Shown here piece after piece: positions 36,203 to 43,096 of a stretch of DNA of 43,096 nt; positions within the stretch are counted from its first letter, which is position 1, and every line of letters starts with the position of its first letter. The translations under genes and the position numbers were made by a program. The notes beneath the pieces are model-generated. The model saw only the letters and a list, made by a program, of their open reading frames with translations, was not told where the DNA came from and searched no databases. This DNA is from a phage. Location of the stretch: the sequence record PZ445463.1, one strand, 5' to 3'.

Positions 36203-36231
36203 TTGCACACCCCAACATAATAGGATACTAT
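36203..36231 (+). promoter_or_regulatory. sigma70-like promoter TTGCAC-N17-TACTAT with TAATAG-N4-CTATTC inverted repeat
   Basis: Two mismatches from the 31-mer family; followed by conserved AACGAGA leader and SD of first early gene. Confidence 0.55.
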
Positions 36232-36265
36232 TCACTTATCGAAACGAGACAGAGGAGTGAAGGTT

Positions 36266-36451
36266 ATGTTTAAGAAGGGTCAGTTGGTTCGTAATAGATT
36301 GAGCGGCGATTTATTTACAGTAATAGAATCAAATCTAATGTGGTTTGGTTTTGTGGAGGTTAATAGCGTAGCGGGTTTCGGTAAAGGGTTACTCCGTAAA
36401 TGTGATTTAGAACTCATCGGCAACAATTTTAAATTCAAAGGGGCGAAGTGA
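36266..36451 (+). CDS. Hypothetical early protein (61 aa)
   Basis: ATG 36266 with AGAGGAG SD downstream of promoter 36203-36231. Confidence 0.5.
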   Translation: MFKKGQLVRNRLSGDLFTVIESNLMWFGFVEVNSVAGFGKGLLRKCDLELIGNNFKFKGAK

Positions 36452-36810
36452 TGGATAAGCAAGTTTTACGAACAGCCGCTGAAGGCGCTATTGAGAAATA
36501 TGGGGACGAATGGTTTGGGACTGGAAGTCAAATTTGCACCGTTCACAAGTCAAAGATTAAGCTTATATCTTATGCCAGCCCTAATCTCGTAATTGAATTG
36601 CTGGATGAAATAGCAGCCCTAACAGAGGAGAATATTAAACTTAATCAAAAAATTGATAAGTTATTAATATGGCCCGGTATAGAGTTTGATTCGTCAGCGT
36701 GGGGTTTCTCTAACAATGATGGTGATGCCGCGCTTGAATTAATATGCGACCACACGGCATCGGATCCTGATGCTCGTGCCGACGACTCTGAGGGAGGTTG
36801 CCGTAAATGA
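36448..36810 (+). CDS. Hypothetical early protein (120 aa)
   Basis: ATGA-coupled ORF. Confidence 0.5.
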   Translation: MMDKQVLRTAAEGAIEKYGDEWFGTGSQICTVHKSKIKLISYASPNLVIELLDEIAALTEENIKLNQKIDKLLIWPGIEFDSSAWGFSNNDGDAALELICDHTASDPDARADDSEGGCRK

Positions 36811-36998
36811 GAATTCGAATAACTGATGTTGATTATGCGGACCCGCGCGACGGTGACGATTTGCCGCTTAGTTACTGGGGTGTTGCTCTTGGTGGTGAGT
36901 TTGAAGTGGACGACGTAGCTGACGGTACATTCGTAATTGAATGTGACGCCGGGTATGTAGTTGTGTACCCCTGTGAATGCGAAGTCCTGGAGGACTAA
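36807..36998 (+). CDS. Hypothetical early protein (63 aa), acidic
   Basis: ATGA-coupled ORF. Confidence 0.5.
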   Translation: MRIRITDVDYADPRDGDDLPLSYWGVALGGEFEVDDVADGTFVIECDAGYVVVYPCECEVLED

Positions 36999-37001
36999 GT
37001 T

Positions 37002-37145
37002 ATGAGAGAAGCATTTGAACGGTGGGCCGTCGTTGAGGGTCTGCCCGTTAACAAGGGTTCGAAGAAAGAGTACCTGAACGCTAAGACGCGTCTCGCGTGG
37101 CGGGCGTGGAAGGCTGGTATGCAAGCTGTGATGAATAAGGGGTGA
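37002..37145 (+). CDS. Hypothetical 47 aa protein
   Basis: GGAGGA SD; unannotated in ORF track. Confidence 0.4.
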   Translation: MREAFERWAVVEGLPVNKGSKKEYLNAKTRLAWRAWKAGMQAVMNKG

Positions 37146-37148
37146 TTT

Positions 37149-37349
37149 ATGAGTCAGTGGATTAAGTGTAGTGAGCGGATGCCGGAAGAAGGCGAGATGG
37201 TCCTTACTGCGTTTCGTGGTGTTGTTAGGTCGGGCGTGTGTAAGGCTGTAGATGTTATCGGCGGTAAGTGTTTTGTAAGTGAGATTGACAGATGCCACGG
37301 GACACCGGCGACCCACTGGATGCCGTCACCAAGGCCGCCGGAACAATAG
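37149..37349 (+). CDS. Hypothetical early protein (66 aa)
   Basis: ORF with GGGGTGA SD. Confidence 0.5.
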   Translation: MSQWIKCSERMPEEGEMVLTAFRGVVRSGVCKAVDVIGGKCFVSEIDRCHGTPATHWMPSPRPPEQ

Positions 37350-37463
37350 TTTAAGATTTTACTGAGTGACTTACGCTGCTACACAGCAGCGTATCATTTT
37401 TCTCATTTTTGTTCTATTTCACCAAACGCAACAATCGAAGCGACTATTGCAGGAGATGCAACA

Positions 37464-37562
37464 ATGAAACTGAATGACATCGTAACCTGGACCGGTAGAA
37501 ACGGAGAAAAGCGATTCGGGCTTATTGTTGCGTCAAACGGCAACAAGTACCGTGTTATGTGA
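37464..37562 (+). CDS. Hypothetical 32 aa peptide
   Basis: AGGAG SD 10 nt upstream; very short, weak support. Confidence 0.2.
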   Translation: MKLNDIVTWTGRNGEKRFGLIVASNGNKYRVM

Positions 37563-37641
37563 TGGCGTCAGTGGGCACGACGCCCGAGGTACTACTGGAT
37601 TAGTGGAGAACGATTATCTTTAAAACACCAATAAAATTTAC

Positions 37642-37670
37642 TTGCACACTGTGATAGAATAGGCTACTAT
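37642..37670 (+). promoter_or_regulatory. sigma70-like promoter TTGCAC-N17-TACTAT with GAATAG-N4-CTATTC inverted repeat
   Basis: Same architecture and AACGAGA leader; upstream of 37702 ORF. Confidence 0.5.
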
Positions 37671-37701
37671 TCATTTACACAAACGAGAGGAGAGACAGAA
37701 G

Positions 37702-37830
37702 ATGTATAAGTATCTGACGGTAGAAAAACTGGAACAGATTTATGCGGAGTTGCGAGTTTGCTGCGTATGCAGCGGCAACTACAAACTTGTTTACGGAGAA
37801 CTGGAGGTAGACGATGCTCCTGGAATGTAA
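37702..37830 (+). CDS. Hypothetical 42 aa Cys-rich peptide
   Basis: First ORF after promoter 37642-37670; GAGGAGAG SD; VCCVCSGNY. Confidence 0.4.
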   Translation: MYKYLTVEKLEQIYAELRVCCVCSGNYKLVYGELEVDDAPGM

Positions 37831-38032
37831 ATCCCATGATCGCTATTGGGTGCTCACTAAAAATGACTTGTACCACCTCAAAGAAGACGGCGACGAGAGC
37901 CGCTGCTACATAATAGACGACAATGGCACTGAACTTGATGTCTATTACACCGGGTATGGTCGGTGGGCGTTATCAGCGGACGATGAATTTGTGTTTGAAG
38001 AATATAACGGGGAGGAGCCAGAAGATGAGTAA
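37814..38032 (+). CDS. Hypothetical early protein (72 aa)
   Basis: Overlapping coupled ORF. Confidence 0.5.
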   Translation: MLLECKSHDRYWVLTKNDLYHLKEDGDESRCYIIDDNGTELDVYYTGYGRWALSADDEFVFEEYNGEEPEDE

Positions 38033-38444
38033 CAAAAACGAAGTATTCGAGTACCTGATTGACCAGCTACGGCAGCAGGTAAATAACAACCAGTGCGAAG
38101 ACCTGGCGCATGAGGTGCAGTCACTTAAGAATCAGTTACGCGATGCGTCTGCACAGATTAAGGAGTTGCATCTGGCGCTGGTTACAGCTACCGGTGATGT
38201 GGAGGCGTACAAACTTATCCGCAAAGGTGGGTACGTTTCCGCAGGCCAGCGCTACGTGGTTGGCGAACATGCGCCCGGGCCAACGGTAAATTGTCGGCGC
38301 ACCCAGACGCCTGTACCGCCGGAGCAATCTGGTTGCCGTAAAGAAGATGCCCAGGAAGGGCCCTACCGTTTCTATTATGTAGTGATAGATGGCTCCGCGC
38401 CGTTCGGTACGAAAGTATGTAAAACGTGCGGGGGATACTTCTGA
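38025..38444 (+). CDS. Hypothetical 139 aa protein with N-terminal coiled coil and C-terminal CxxC
   Basis: Start at ATG 38025 with GGAGGAG SD (ORF-track start 37923 rejected); C-terminal CKTCGGYF. Confidence 0.5.
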   Translation: MSNKNEVFEYLIDQLRQQVNNNQCEDLAHEVQSLKNQLRDASAQIKELHLALVTATGDVEAYKLIRKGGYVSAGQRYVVGEHAPGPTVNCRRTQTPVPPEQSGCRKEDAQEGPYRFYYVVIDGSAPFGTKVCKTCGGYF

Positions 38445-38647
38445 TGACCAGCATCTTATTTATCTGGGTATTGTACGCAGGCCAGATGCAACTAGCGGCA
38501 TCAGAAACGTTTTACTCGATGGAGGCGTGCCAGTCAGCGGCACGCGCCGCAGAGAACGCGCACTTCCTGTTTCAGGGCGACAAGCCCAACGATTCAGAGG
38601 TACGCGCTATCTGCTCACCTAAGAGACTTGGTAAACAGGAGAAATAA
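38444..38647 (+). CDS. Small secreted/membrane-anchored protein (67 aa)
   Basis: N-terminal hydrophobic signal-like MTSILFIWVLYAGQMQLAAS; ATGA coupling. Confidence 0.45.
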   Translation: MTSILFIWVLYAGQMQLAASETFYSMEACQSAARAAENAHFLFQGDKPNDSEVRAICSPKRLGKQEK

Positions 38648-38648
38648 C

Positions 38649-38852
38649 ATGGTACAGAGATATTCTAAGTATGGGTCCGACAACCATTTCATTGACCGCC
38701 ACGGGAAGTGGGTTAAGTTTGAGGACTACCAGAATCTTGACCTAAAGCTGTTGGAAGTTGAAGCCGAGTTACAGAAATACAAGGACCAGTTCCCGGATTA
38801 CGTCGAGTGCGCGAACTGTGGGTCAGTTACACATGTGGGAGGGGTGGAGTAA
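38649..38852 (+). CDS. Hypothetical 67 aa protein with C-terminal CxxC
   Basis: AGGAG SD; C-terminal ECANCGS. Confidence 0.45.
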   Translation: MVQRYSKYGSDNHFIDRHGKWVKFEDYQNLDLKLLEVEAELQKYKDQFPDYVECANCGSVTHVGGVE

Positions 38853-39145
38853 TGTCGTTAGCAACTGACATCCTGAAACGAAGCGGCCTTGCGCCGCTGT
38901 CACCGAGAGCGAAGACACGTATACACAAGCGTCGCCGTAACGTGCTGTACCCTGAGATTCAGGCCAGACGCAAAGTTGTCCGCGCCTGTGGATTCCAGAA
39001 CGGGAAGGCCGTGAATCTGGGTGAGTTCAAAACACAGGAACGCGCAGCTATCGCTAATCGGTTATTTAATTACTGGAAATCGCTGGGGTATGAAGATATT
39101 CCGACGAAACCGCAGAGACGACAATACATCTGGCGTCATAAATAA
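38852..39145 (+). CDS. Hypothetical basic 97 aa protein
   Basis: Start at ATG 38852 overlapping upstream stop; Arg/Lys-rich. Confidence 0.45.
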   Translation: MSLATDILKRSGLAPLSPRAKTRIHKRRRNVLYPEIQARRKVVRACGFQNGKAVNLGEFKTQERAAIANRLFNYWKSLGYEDIPTKPQRRQYIWRHK

Positions 39146-39220
39146 ACCGTTATTAGGATAATTCCTACCCGTGGTATCCTCCAGTTACTGCATACTTAAT
39201 ACGCACCTGGAGGATTCATC

Positions 39221-39529
39221 TTGGATAAATTTACTGAAACAGTGACAGGCTGGCTTCTGGCAGCCGCACTAGCTGGTGGGGTAATCGGACTACGACAACA
39301 TAAGTCCGCTATTTCCGGCCCTATCGACGGATTCTGCTTTATTGCAACTGGCTTCACTTGCGCCGTATTTGGCGCGCCTCTCGCCGCTCAATGGTTCGGT
39401 ATTACCGGAGAGCGCGAGATAGCTGGCCTCGGATTCATCATCGCAATTCTCTGGATGCCCATCTATTCCCGTCTCTCCGGTATCGTCGCCGGAGAATACA
39501 TCGCACGTCGAGGAGGCACAGATGAATGA
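39221..39529 (+). CDS. Holin (multi-TM)
   Basis: Three hydrophobic helices (TGWLLAAALAGGVIGL; FCFIATGFTCAVFGAPLAAQWF; IAGLGFIIAILWMPIY), charged C-terminus; upstream of endolysin. Confidence 0.6.
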   Translation: MDKFTETVTGWLLAAALAGGVIGLRQHKSAISGPIDGFCFIATGFTCAVFGAPLAAQWFGITGEREIAGLGFIIAILWMPIYSRLSGIVAGEYIARRGGTDE

Positions 39530-39794
39530 ATTATTCTGGTTCGGCGGTATGCTGGCAATCGGAGGCACATCGCTGTTTAATGTATATCACCCCAGCGCGG
39601 ATGACGGATTATTTGGCCGTGTGCTATATATCCTGACCGCTATTGTCTGCGCCGCAGGATGTATCCACCTGTTACAGGGCAGCATGTCTCCGACGCTGCC
39701 TGAGACATTAATCACATTAGTTGCGCTGCGCCAGATTCGTCAGGCGTGGCTGTCATACGGAGGACATAAGCGTGTCTCGAAATATTTCAGATAA
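39522..39794 (+). CDS. Small two-TM membrane protein (second holin/antiholin-like)
   Basis: Two hydrophobic helices; lies between holin and endolysin. Confidence 0.45.
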   Translation: MNELFWFGGMLAIGGTSLFNVYHPSADDGLFGRVLYILTAIVCAAGCIHLLQGSMSPTLPETLITLVALRQIRQAWLSYGGHKRVSKYFR

Positions 39795-39884
39795 TGGACT
39801 TACCGCAGATAAGCTGCGCGAGGTTTTACACTACGACCCCGATACCGGAGTTTTCGCGAACCATAAATTACGGGAAGGTGCTTT

Positions 39885-40370
39885 ATGAGAAACATTAGCA
39901 ACAATGGCATCAAATTCACCGCCGCGTTCGAGGGATTCCGCGGAACTGCGTATCGTGCTACGCCAAATGAGAAGTACCTGACTATTGGGTACGGTCATTA
40001 TGGGCCAGACGTAACGCCAGGCAAGACCATCACCCCGGGACAAGGCCTCCTGTTACTGAATCGTGATATGGCTAAGGCTGTAGCTGCGGTTGACGCAGCA
40101 GCACACCATTCATTGACACAGGCACAGTTCGATGCAGTGTGCGACCTGGTATACAACGCAGGTGCTGGTGTGATTGCTGCTACTACCGGCACGGGTAAGG
40201 CACTGCGTTCTGGTGATATTGCAACGCTGCGGGCTAAGCTGACACTGTTCATCAACCAGAACGGCAGACCGTTACTTGGTCTGCGCCGCCGTACTGCCGG
40301 TCGTCTGGCGCTGTTCGACGGTAAACCGTGGCAAGAGGCAGAGGCTATCGGGCGCGCGGTGAAAGGTTGA
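39885..40370 (+). CDS. Endolysin, T4 lysozyme-like (GH24) muramidase
   Basis: Catalytic region FEGFRGTAYRATPNEKYLTIGYGHY matches the E...D...T triad context of phage lysozymes. Confidence 0.85.
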   Translation: MRNISNNGIKFTAAFEGFRGTAYRATPNEKYLTIGYGHYGPDVTPGKTITPGQGLLLLNRDMAKAVAAVDAAAHHSLTQAQFDAVCDLVYNAGAGVIAATTGTGKALRSGDIATLRAKLTLFINQNGRPLLGLRRRTAGRLALFDGKPWQEAEAIGRAVKG

Positions 40371-40434
40371 CACCTGAGACTAATCCGACGATACTTAAAT
40401 CACCTCCTGTTCCATACCTCTGCTCTCCAGTTTT

Positions 40435-40467
40435 ATCCCGGCCCTGACCCAGCCGGGATTTTTTTAT
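40435..40467 (+). terminator. Terminator after endolysin gene
   Basis: atcccggc ... gccgggat then ttttttta. Confidence 0.6.
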
Positions 40468-40487
40468 CTATTTTCTGCAATGACTAG

Positions 40488-40516
40488 TTGACTATTACCT
40501 ACGACCCTATTATATT
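40488..40516 (+). promoter_or_regulatory. sigma70-like promoter TTGACT-N17-TATATT
   Basis: Follows terminator 40435-40467; same AACGAGA leader upstream of 40550 ORF. Confidence 0.5.
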
Positions 40517-40549
40517 TACTCCATCGACAACGAGAACGGAGTAGAGAAG

Positions 40550-40798
40550 ATGAGTAACGTACAGACAATCGCAATAACCGAGGAACTTGAAGCCAAATGT
40601 ATCGCATGGACTATGGGTAATGACCCGGTTGCTATGCGTAAATTTCCAATGAAAATCACAGATACCGAAGCATTCAAAGACGCACAACTGATGGCGCGTA
40701 TCGCCGTTAGTAACCTGAGCCGCAATATCCCTGCGGATGCGTTCTGGTTCGCGGCTATGCAGACACTGAAAGCAGCTTATGCAGGAGAGAAGAAATGA
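40550..40798 (+). CDS. Hypothetical protein (82 aa)
   Basis: ORF downstream of promoter 40488-40516 with GGAG SD. Confidence 0.5.
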   Translation: MSNVQTIAITEELEAKCIAWTMGNDPVAMRKFPMKITDTEAFKDAQLMARIAVSNLSRNIPADAFWFAAMQTLKAAYAGEKK

Positions 40799-40992
40799 AA
40801 GTTAAAGCCGCTAAAATTCTCTGGTTAGCCGCCCTTGACTATGTCACAGAGGGTAAAGTGTATGATGTATACAACCCGACAGCTACTGGTTTCGGTTATA
40901 TAGACTCCGACGACGACTGCCATATTTTCATAGACTTTGGTAACGATGACGGTGATGGTTTCCACGGCGTTAAATGGGAGGTTGTAGAATGA
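40795..40992 (+). CDS. Hypothetical protein (65 aa)
   Basis: ATGA-coupled ORF. Confidence 0.5.
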   Translation: MKVKAAKILWLAALDYVTEGKVYDVYNPTATGFGYIDSDDDCHIFIDFGNDDGDGFHGVKWEVVE

Positions 40993-41150
40993 GCGAACAA
41001 GGTCAAGTAAGCCAACCATTACGAGTAGGCCGTAAGGTGAGTCACACCCCGTTCCCGACACGCGAGGAACTGATGAAACGTAACAGTTTCCCTGGGCCGG
41101 ACAAGAACAAGTATCTCAACCGCATGTGGGGAGAGCGTAAAAATGACTGA
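40989..41150 (+). CDS. Hypothetical 53 aa protein
   Basis: GGGAGG SD; coupled at both ends; unannotated in ORF track. Confidence 0.4.
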   Translation: MSEQGQVSQPLRVGRKVSHTPFPTREELMKRNSFPGPDKNKYLNRMWGERKND

Positions 41151-41328
41151 CCGTGAATATGAAAAGATGATGGTAGAGGCCGTTAACGGCGGCGTAGACA
41201 TTAGCCACGTGATGTGCGTCCTGAATAATAAAATCGCGGTAGCCGAGCAAATGGTGGAGTCGCTTTATGAGGCGCGCCGCGAACTGATTAACCGCTTCAA
41301 CCTGAACAAAGGTGACACCAATGCATAA
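41143..41328 (+). CDS. Hypothetical protein (61 aa)
   Basis: Overlapping coupled ORF. Confidence 0.5.
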   Translation: MTDREYEKMMVEAVNGGVDISHVMCVLNNKIAVAEQMVESLYEARRELINRFNLNKGDTNA

Positions 41329-41620
41329 AATCACAATTGCATCGCTCGAGCGCCGTATTATGGTGCTTGAGTCGGAGAAACAGACGTTAGGCGGGCAACT
41401 GTCAATTAACGGTGAGTTTCAACTGGAGGCGTATAAAGAACTTCTAGAGGCGTTTAAAGAGCTACAAGCCATCGCGTCTGACATAGAAAATATGATTGGA
41501 TTGTTGCAATCCGGGGAGTGGGCCGAACACTGCACTAAATCGGCGTTAGGAAAACGGCTTGAGACGGAGATTACTGACATGCTGAGTTGTCTTGTTGAGG
41601 CGCCAGATGAGCACGCCTGA
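41321..41620 (+). CDS. Hypothetical coiled-coil protein (99 aa)
   Basis: Start at ATG 41321 with AAAGGTGA SD rather than GTG 41312. Confidence 0.5.
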   Translation: MHKITIASLERRIMVLESEKQTLGGQLSINGEFQLEAYKELLEAFKELQAIASDIENMIGLLQSGEWAEHCTKSALGKRLETEITDMLSCLVEAPDEHA

Positions 41621-41789
41621 GCCGGTAGTTATCGATGGCGTCCTGTGGAAACCTTACTCGGTTAACCACATCGACGCCGATGGGAAGAAGTTCAGTTTCT
41701 ACATTTTTGCGATTAGCCGTGAGCACGCTGCGTGTGTAGTAGACGATATACGAGAAACGGCGTGGCTTGGCGATGAGATAGTGGGGTGA
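41607..41789 (+). CDS. Hypothetical 60 aa protein
   Basis: Start at ATG 41607 overlapping upstream stop. Confidence 0.45.
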   Translation: MSTPEPVVIDGVLWKPYSVNHIDADGKKFSFYIFAISREHAACVVDDIRETAWLGDEIVG

Positions 41790-41793
41790 GAGC

Positions 41794-41877
41794 ATGAGTC
41801 TTGAGGTTGTTATAAGTCTGGTTGGTATTAGTTACTTCATTGGGCTATTGGTCGGTTTTCTGTGGGGTAGATACTAA
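41794..41877 (+). CDS. Tiny hydrophobic peptide (27 aa)
   Basis: GGGGTGAG SD; single TM-like segment; ATG of next ORF overlaps its stop. Confidence 0.25.
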   Translation: MSLEVVISLVGISYFIGLLVGFLWGRY

Positions 41878-42047
41878 TGTTCAGCGACATCAACGCAGCA
41901 ATCGAAGAAGCAATCTGGCGCCGTTACAACGGCGAGCAACAGCGTCACTTCTGCCTGGTGCAACGTGGTAACATGGTCGCCGTGGTGCAGGACCGCGATA
42001 ACAAATATCCGAATGCGATGTGGACAACGAGGAATTTCTTAGGATGA
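41877..42047 (+). CDS. Hypothetical 56 aa protein
   Basis: TAATG and ATGA coupling to neighbours; unannotated in ORF track. Confidence 0.4.
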   Translation: MFSDINAAIEEAIWRRYNGEQQRHFCLVQRGNMVAVVQDRDNKYPNAMWTTRNFLG

Positions 42048-42280
42048 TTACCAGCATTCCTAACCTGATTAAAGAATTTGGTACGATGGCGGAGACATGC
42101 CGACAAACCGGTATCAACGAAATGACGATTGCTAAGTACAGTAAAGACGTTGATTGTGAGCGCCACGTAATTTATAACAATCGTCTGATGACGCACGTTA
42201 AGACTAGCCCGGTGTTATTCACGCGCCGTGGTATCACTAAAACTGAGCAACGTATTGCTAAAGAGGAGAGTGGAGAATGA
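42044..42280 (+). CDS. Hypothetical protein (78 aa)
   Basis: Start at ATG 42044 rather than GTG 42020. Confidence 0.45.
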   Translation: MITSIPNLIKEFGTMAETCRQTGINEMTIAKYSKDVDCERHVIYNNRLMTHVKTSPVLFTRRGITKTEQRIAKEESGE

Positions 42281-42462
42281 AAAAGTTAACTATCTACTGG
42301 AAAACAGGGGCTACGTCAGAACTCGATGTTTTCAGCGTAACGCAGTGTGAAAAGTTCTGGTATGCCGAAACATTCAACGGTGAAGTGAGAATACCAATCG
42401 CACTGGTATACGGCGGCGATATAACAGAATACCAATCGCACTGGTATACGGCGGCGATATAA
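42277..42462 (+). CDS. Hypothetical protein (61 aa) whose 3' end contains a 38-bp tandem duplication
   Basis: ORF ends within second copy of the 42391-42466 repeat; followed by terminator 42481-42504. Confidence 0.45.
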   Translation: MKKLTIYWKTGATSELDVFSVTQCEKFWYAETFNGEVRIPIALVYGGDITEYQSHWYTAAI

Positions 42463-42466
42463 CAGA
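42391..42466 (+). repeat. Perfect tandem duplication, 2 x 38 bp
   Basis: ataccaatcgcactggtatacggcggcgatataacaga occurs at 42391-42428 and 42429-42466. Confidence 0.85.
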
Positions 42467-42480
42467 ATAACCAACCCACA

Positions 42481-42504
42481 AGCCCTCTACGGAGGGCTTT
42501 TCTG
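42481..42504 (+). terminator. Terminator after last early ORF
   Basis: agccctc-tacg-gagggct then tttctgt. Confidence 0.55.
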
Positions 42505-42538
42505 TACATCCCGCCCAATCCCCTTATATAATCCATTT

Positions 42539-42557
42539 AGACGCGTAGGGCGCGTCT
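42539..42557. promoter_or_regulatory. Palindrome AGACGCG-tagg-CGCGTCT upstream of terminase small subunit gene
   Basis: 7-bp perfect arms; a further CAGACGC copy at 42574-42580; candidate regulatory or packaging-related site. Confidence 0.3.
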
Positions 42558-42597
42558 GGTGCGCTCTGATGGTCAGACGCATATGCAAGGGGATTCT

Positions 42598-43096
42598 ATG
42601 AAGCTGAAACTTAAGCAGCCATCGCCAGAGGTGGTACAAGCTGCACATGAAGAAGCTGTTAGCGCAAACCGTCGCCGTAAACGACCGCGCGGTAAACAGA
42701 GCCTTTATCAATCATCCCGTAATTCTGCGGCATTGTGGGACCCGGACTACTGTGACGCGTTAATCGAGTTCTTCGACCGCACGTCGTGGGAGCTTGTGCC
42801 AACGTCTAAGGGTGACGAACGCCCACTGATTCAGGATAAGCCGCCGTCACTGGCCCGCTTCGCCTTACACATCGGCGTCACTATCCCTATTATTAAGCTT
42901 TGGCTGCGTGAGATTCCCGCATTTGCAGAAGCCTGGGAGACAGCACAGGCGCTGGAAGAGGCATACTTCACTGAAACGGGGGCCGCGGGCATCTCTGCTA
43001 CGTTTGCCGCCGCGAAACTGGGCCTGAATAAAACAGTTGTCGCCGAAGAAGTACGCGACGAGCCAATCAGCGAAGTAACAATTAAGGTGGTGTCCG
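42598..43096 (+). CDS. Terminase small subunit (3' partial in window; continues to position 11 if ends are joined)
   Basis: AAGGGGA SD; basic N-terminus RRRKRPRGK; last gene before TerL across the junction; reading frame runs off the window end. Confidence 0.5.
   Translation, partial: MKLKLKQPSPEVVQAAHEEAVSANRRRKRPRGKQSLYQSSRNSAALWDPDYCDALIEFFDRTSWELVPTSKGDERPLIQDKPPSLARFALHIGVTIPIIKLWLREIPAFAEAWETAQALEEAYFTETGAAGISATFAAAKLGLNKTVVAEEVRDEPISEVTIKVVS

Noticed and set aside
37923-38024. ORF-track start at 37923 for the 173-aa ORF
   Set aside because: It overlaps the preceding gene for about 100 nt; the internal ATG at 38025 has a strong GGAGGAG SD and overlaps the upstream stop, the usual coupling pattern here.
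39793-39897. Short ORF between the second membrane protein and the endolysin
   Set aside because: 35 codons, no SD, overlaps the endolysin SD and start; more likely intergenic.
42391-42466. Possible CRISPR-like repeat array
   Set aside because: Only two directly adjacent copies with no spacers; no other repeat-spacer structure anywhere in the window. It is a simple tandem duplication.

Overview
The window reads as a complete, compact, circularly permuted genome (43,096 bp) of a tailed dsDNA phage of an enteric-type host, opened at the terminase large-subunit start. The terminase small-subunit ORF runs off the 3' end and, if the ends are joined, terminates at position 11 in frame. Layout: (1) + strand late module 1-23341: TerL, portal, head morphogenesis, Ig-like protein, Rz/Rz1-like spanin pair, scaffold, major capsid, second Ig-like protein, connector proteins, major tail protein, G/GT-like chaperone pair, tape measure, K/J-like tail tip proteins, beta-helix tailspike. 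(2) - strand replication module 23370-32539: SF2 helicase, C5 DNA methyltransferase, VRR-NUC, HNH endonuclease, family A DNA polymerase, SSB-like protein, Cas4-like PD-(D/E)XK nuclease, acidic protein. (3) a lone + strand XRE-type HTH gene at 32664-32879. (4) - strand primase/helicase-like operon 32897-35786, ending in a divergent promoter region. (5) + strand early region 36266-42462 of many small ORFs plus a holin/membrane protein/endolysin lysis cassette. No integrase, tRNA or CRISPR array was found. The most unusual content is a reverse-strand three-gene island inside the tail module (11507-13154) encoding an HTH-fused Mre11/SbcD-like metallophosphoesterase; a family of sigma70-like promoters carrying a GAATAG-N4-CTATTC inverted repeat; and a short promoter-to-terminator non-coding unit in the divergent control region. 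All calls come from reading the sequence and ORF track; no database search was run, so protein-family assignments rest on recognisable motifs and gene order.
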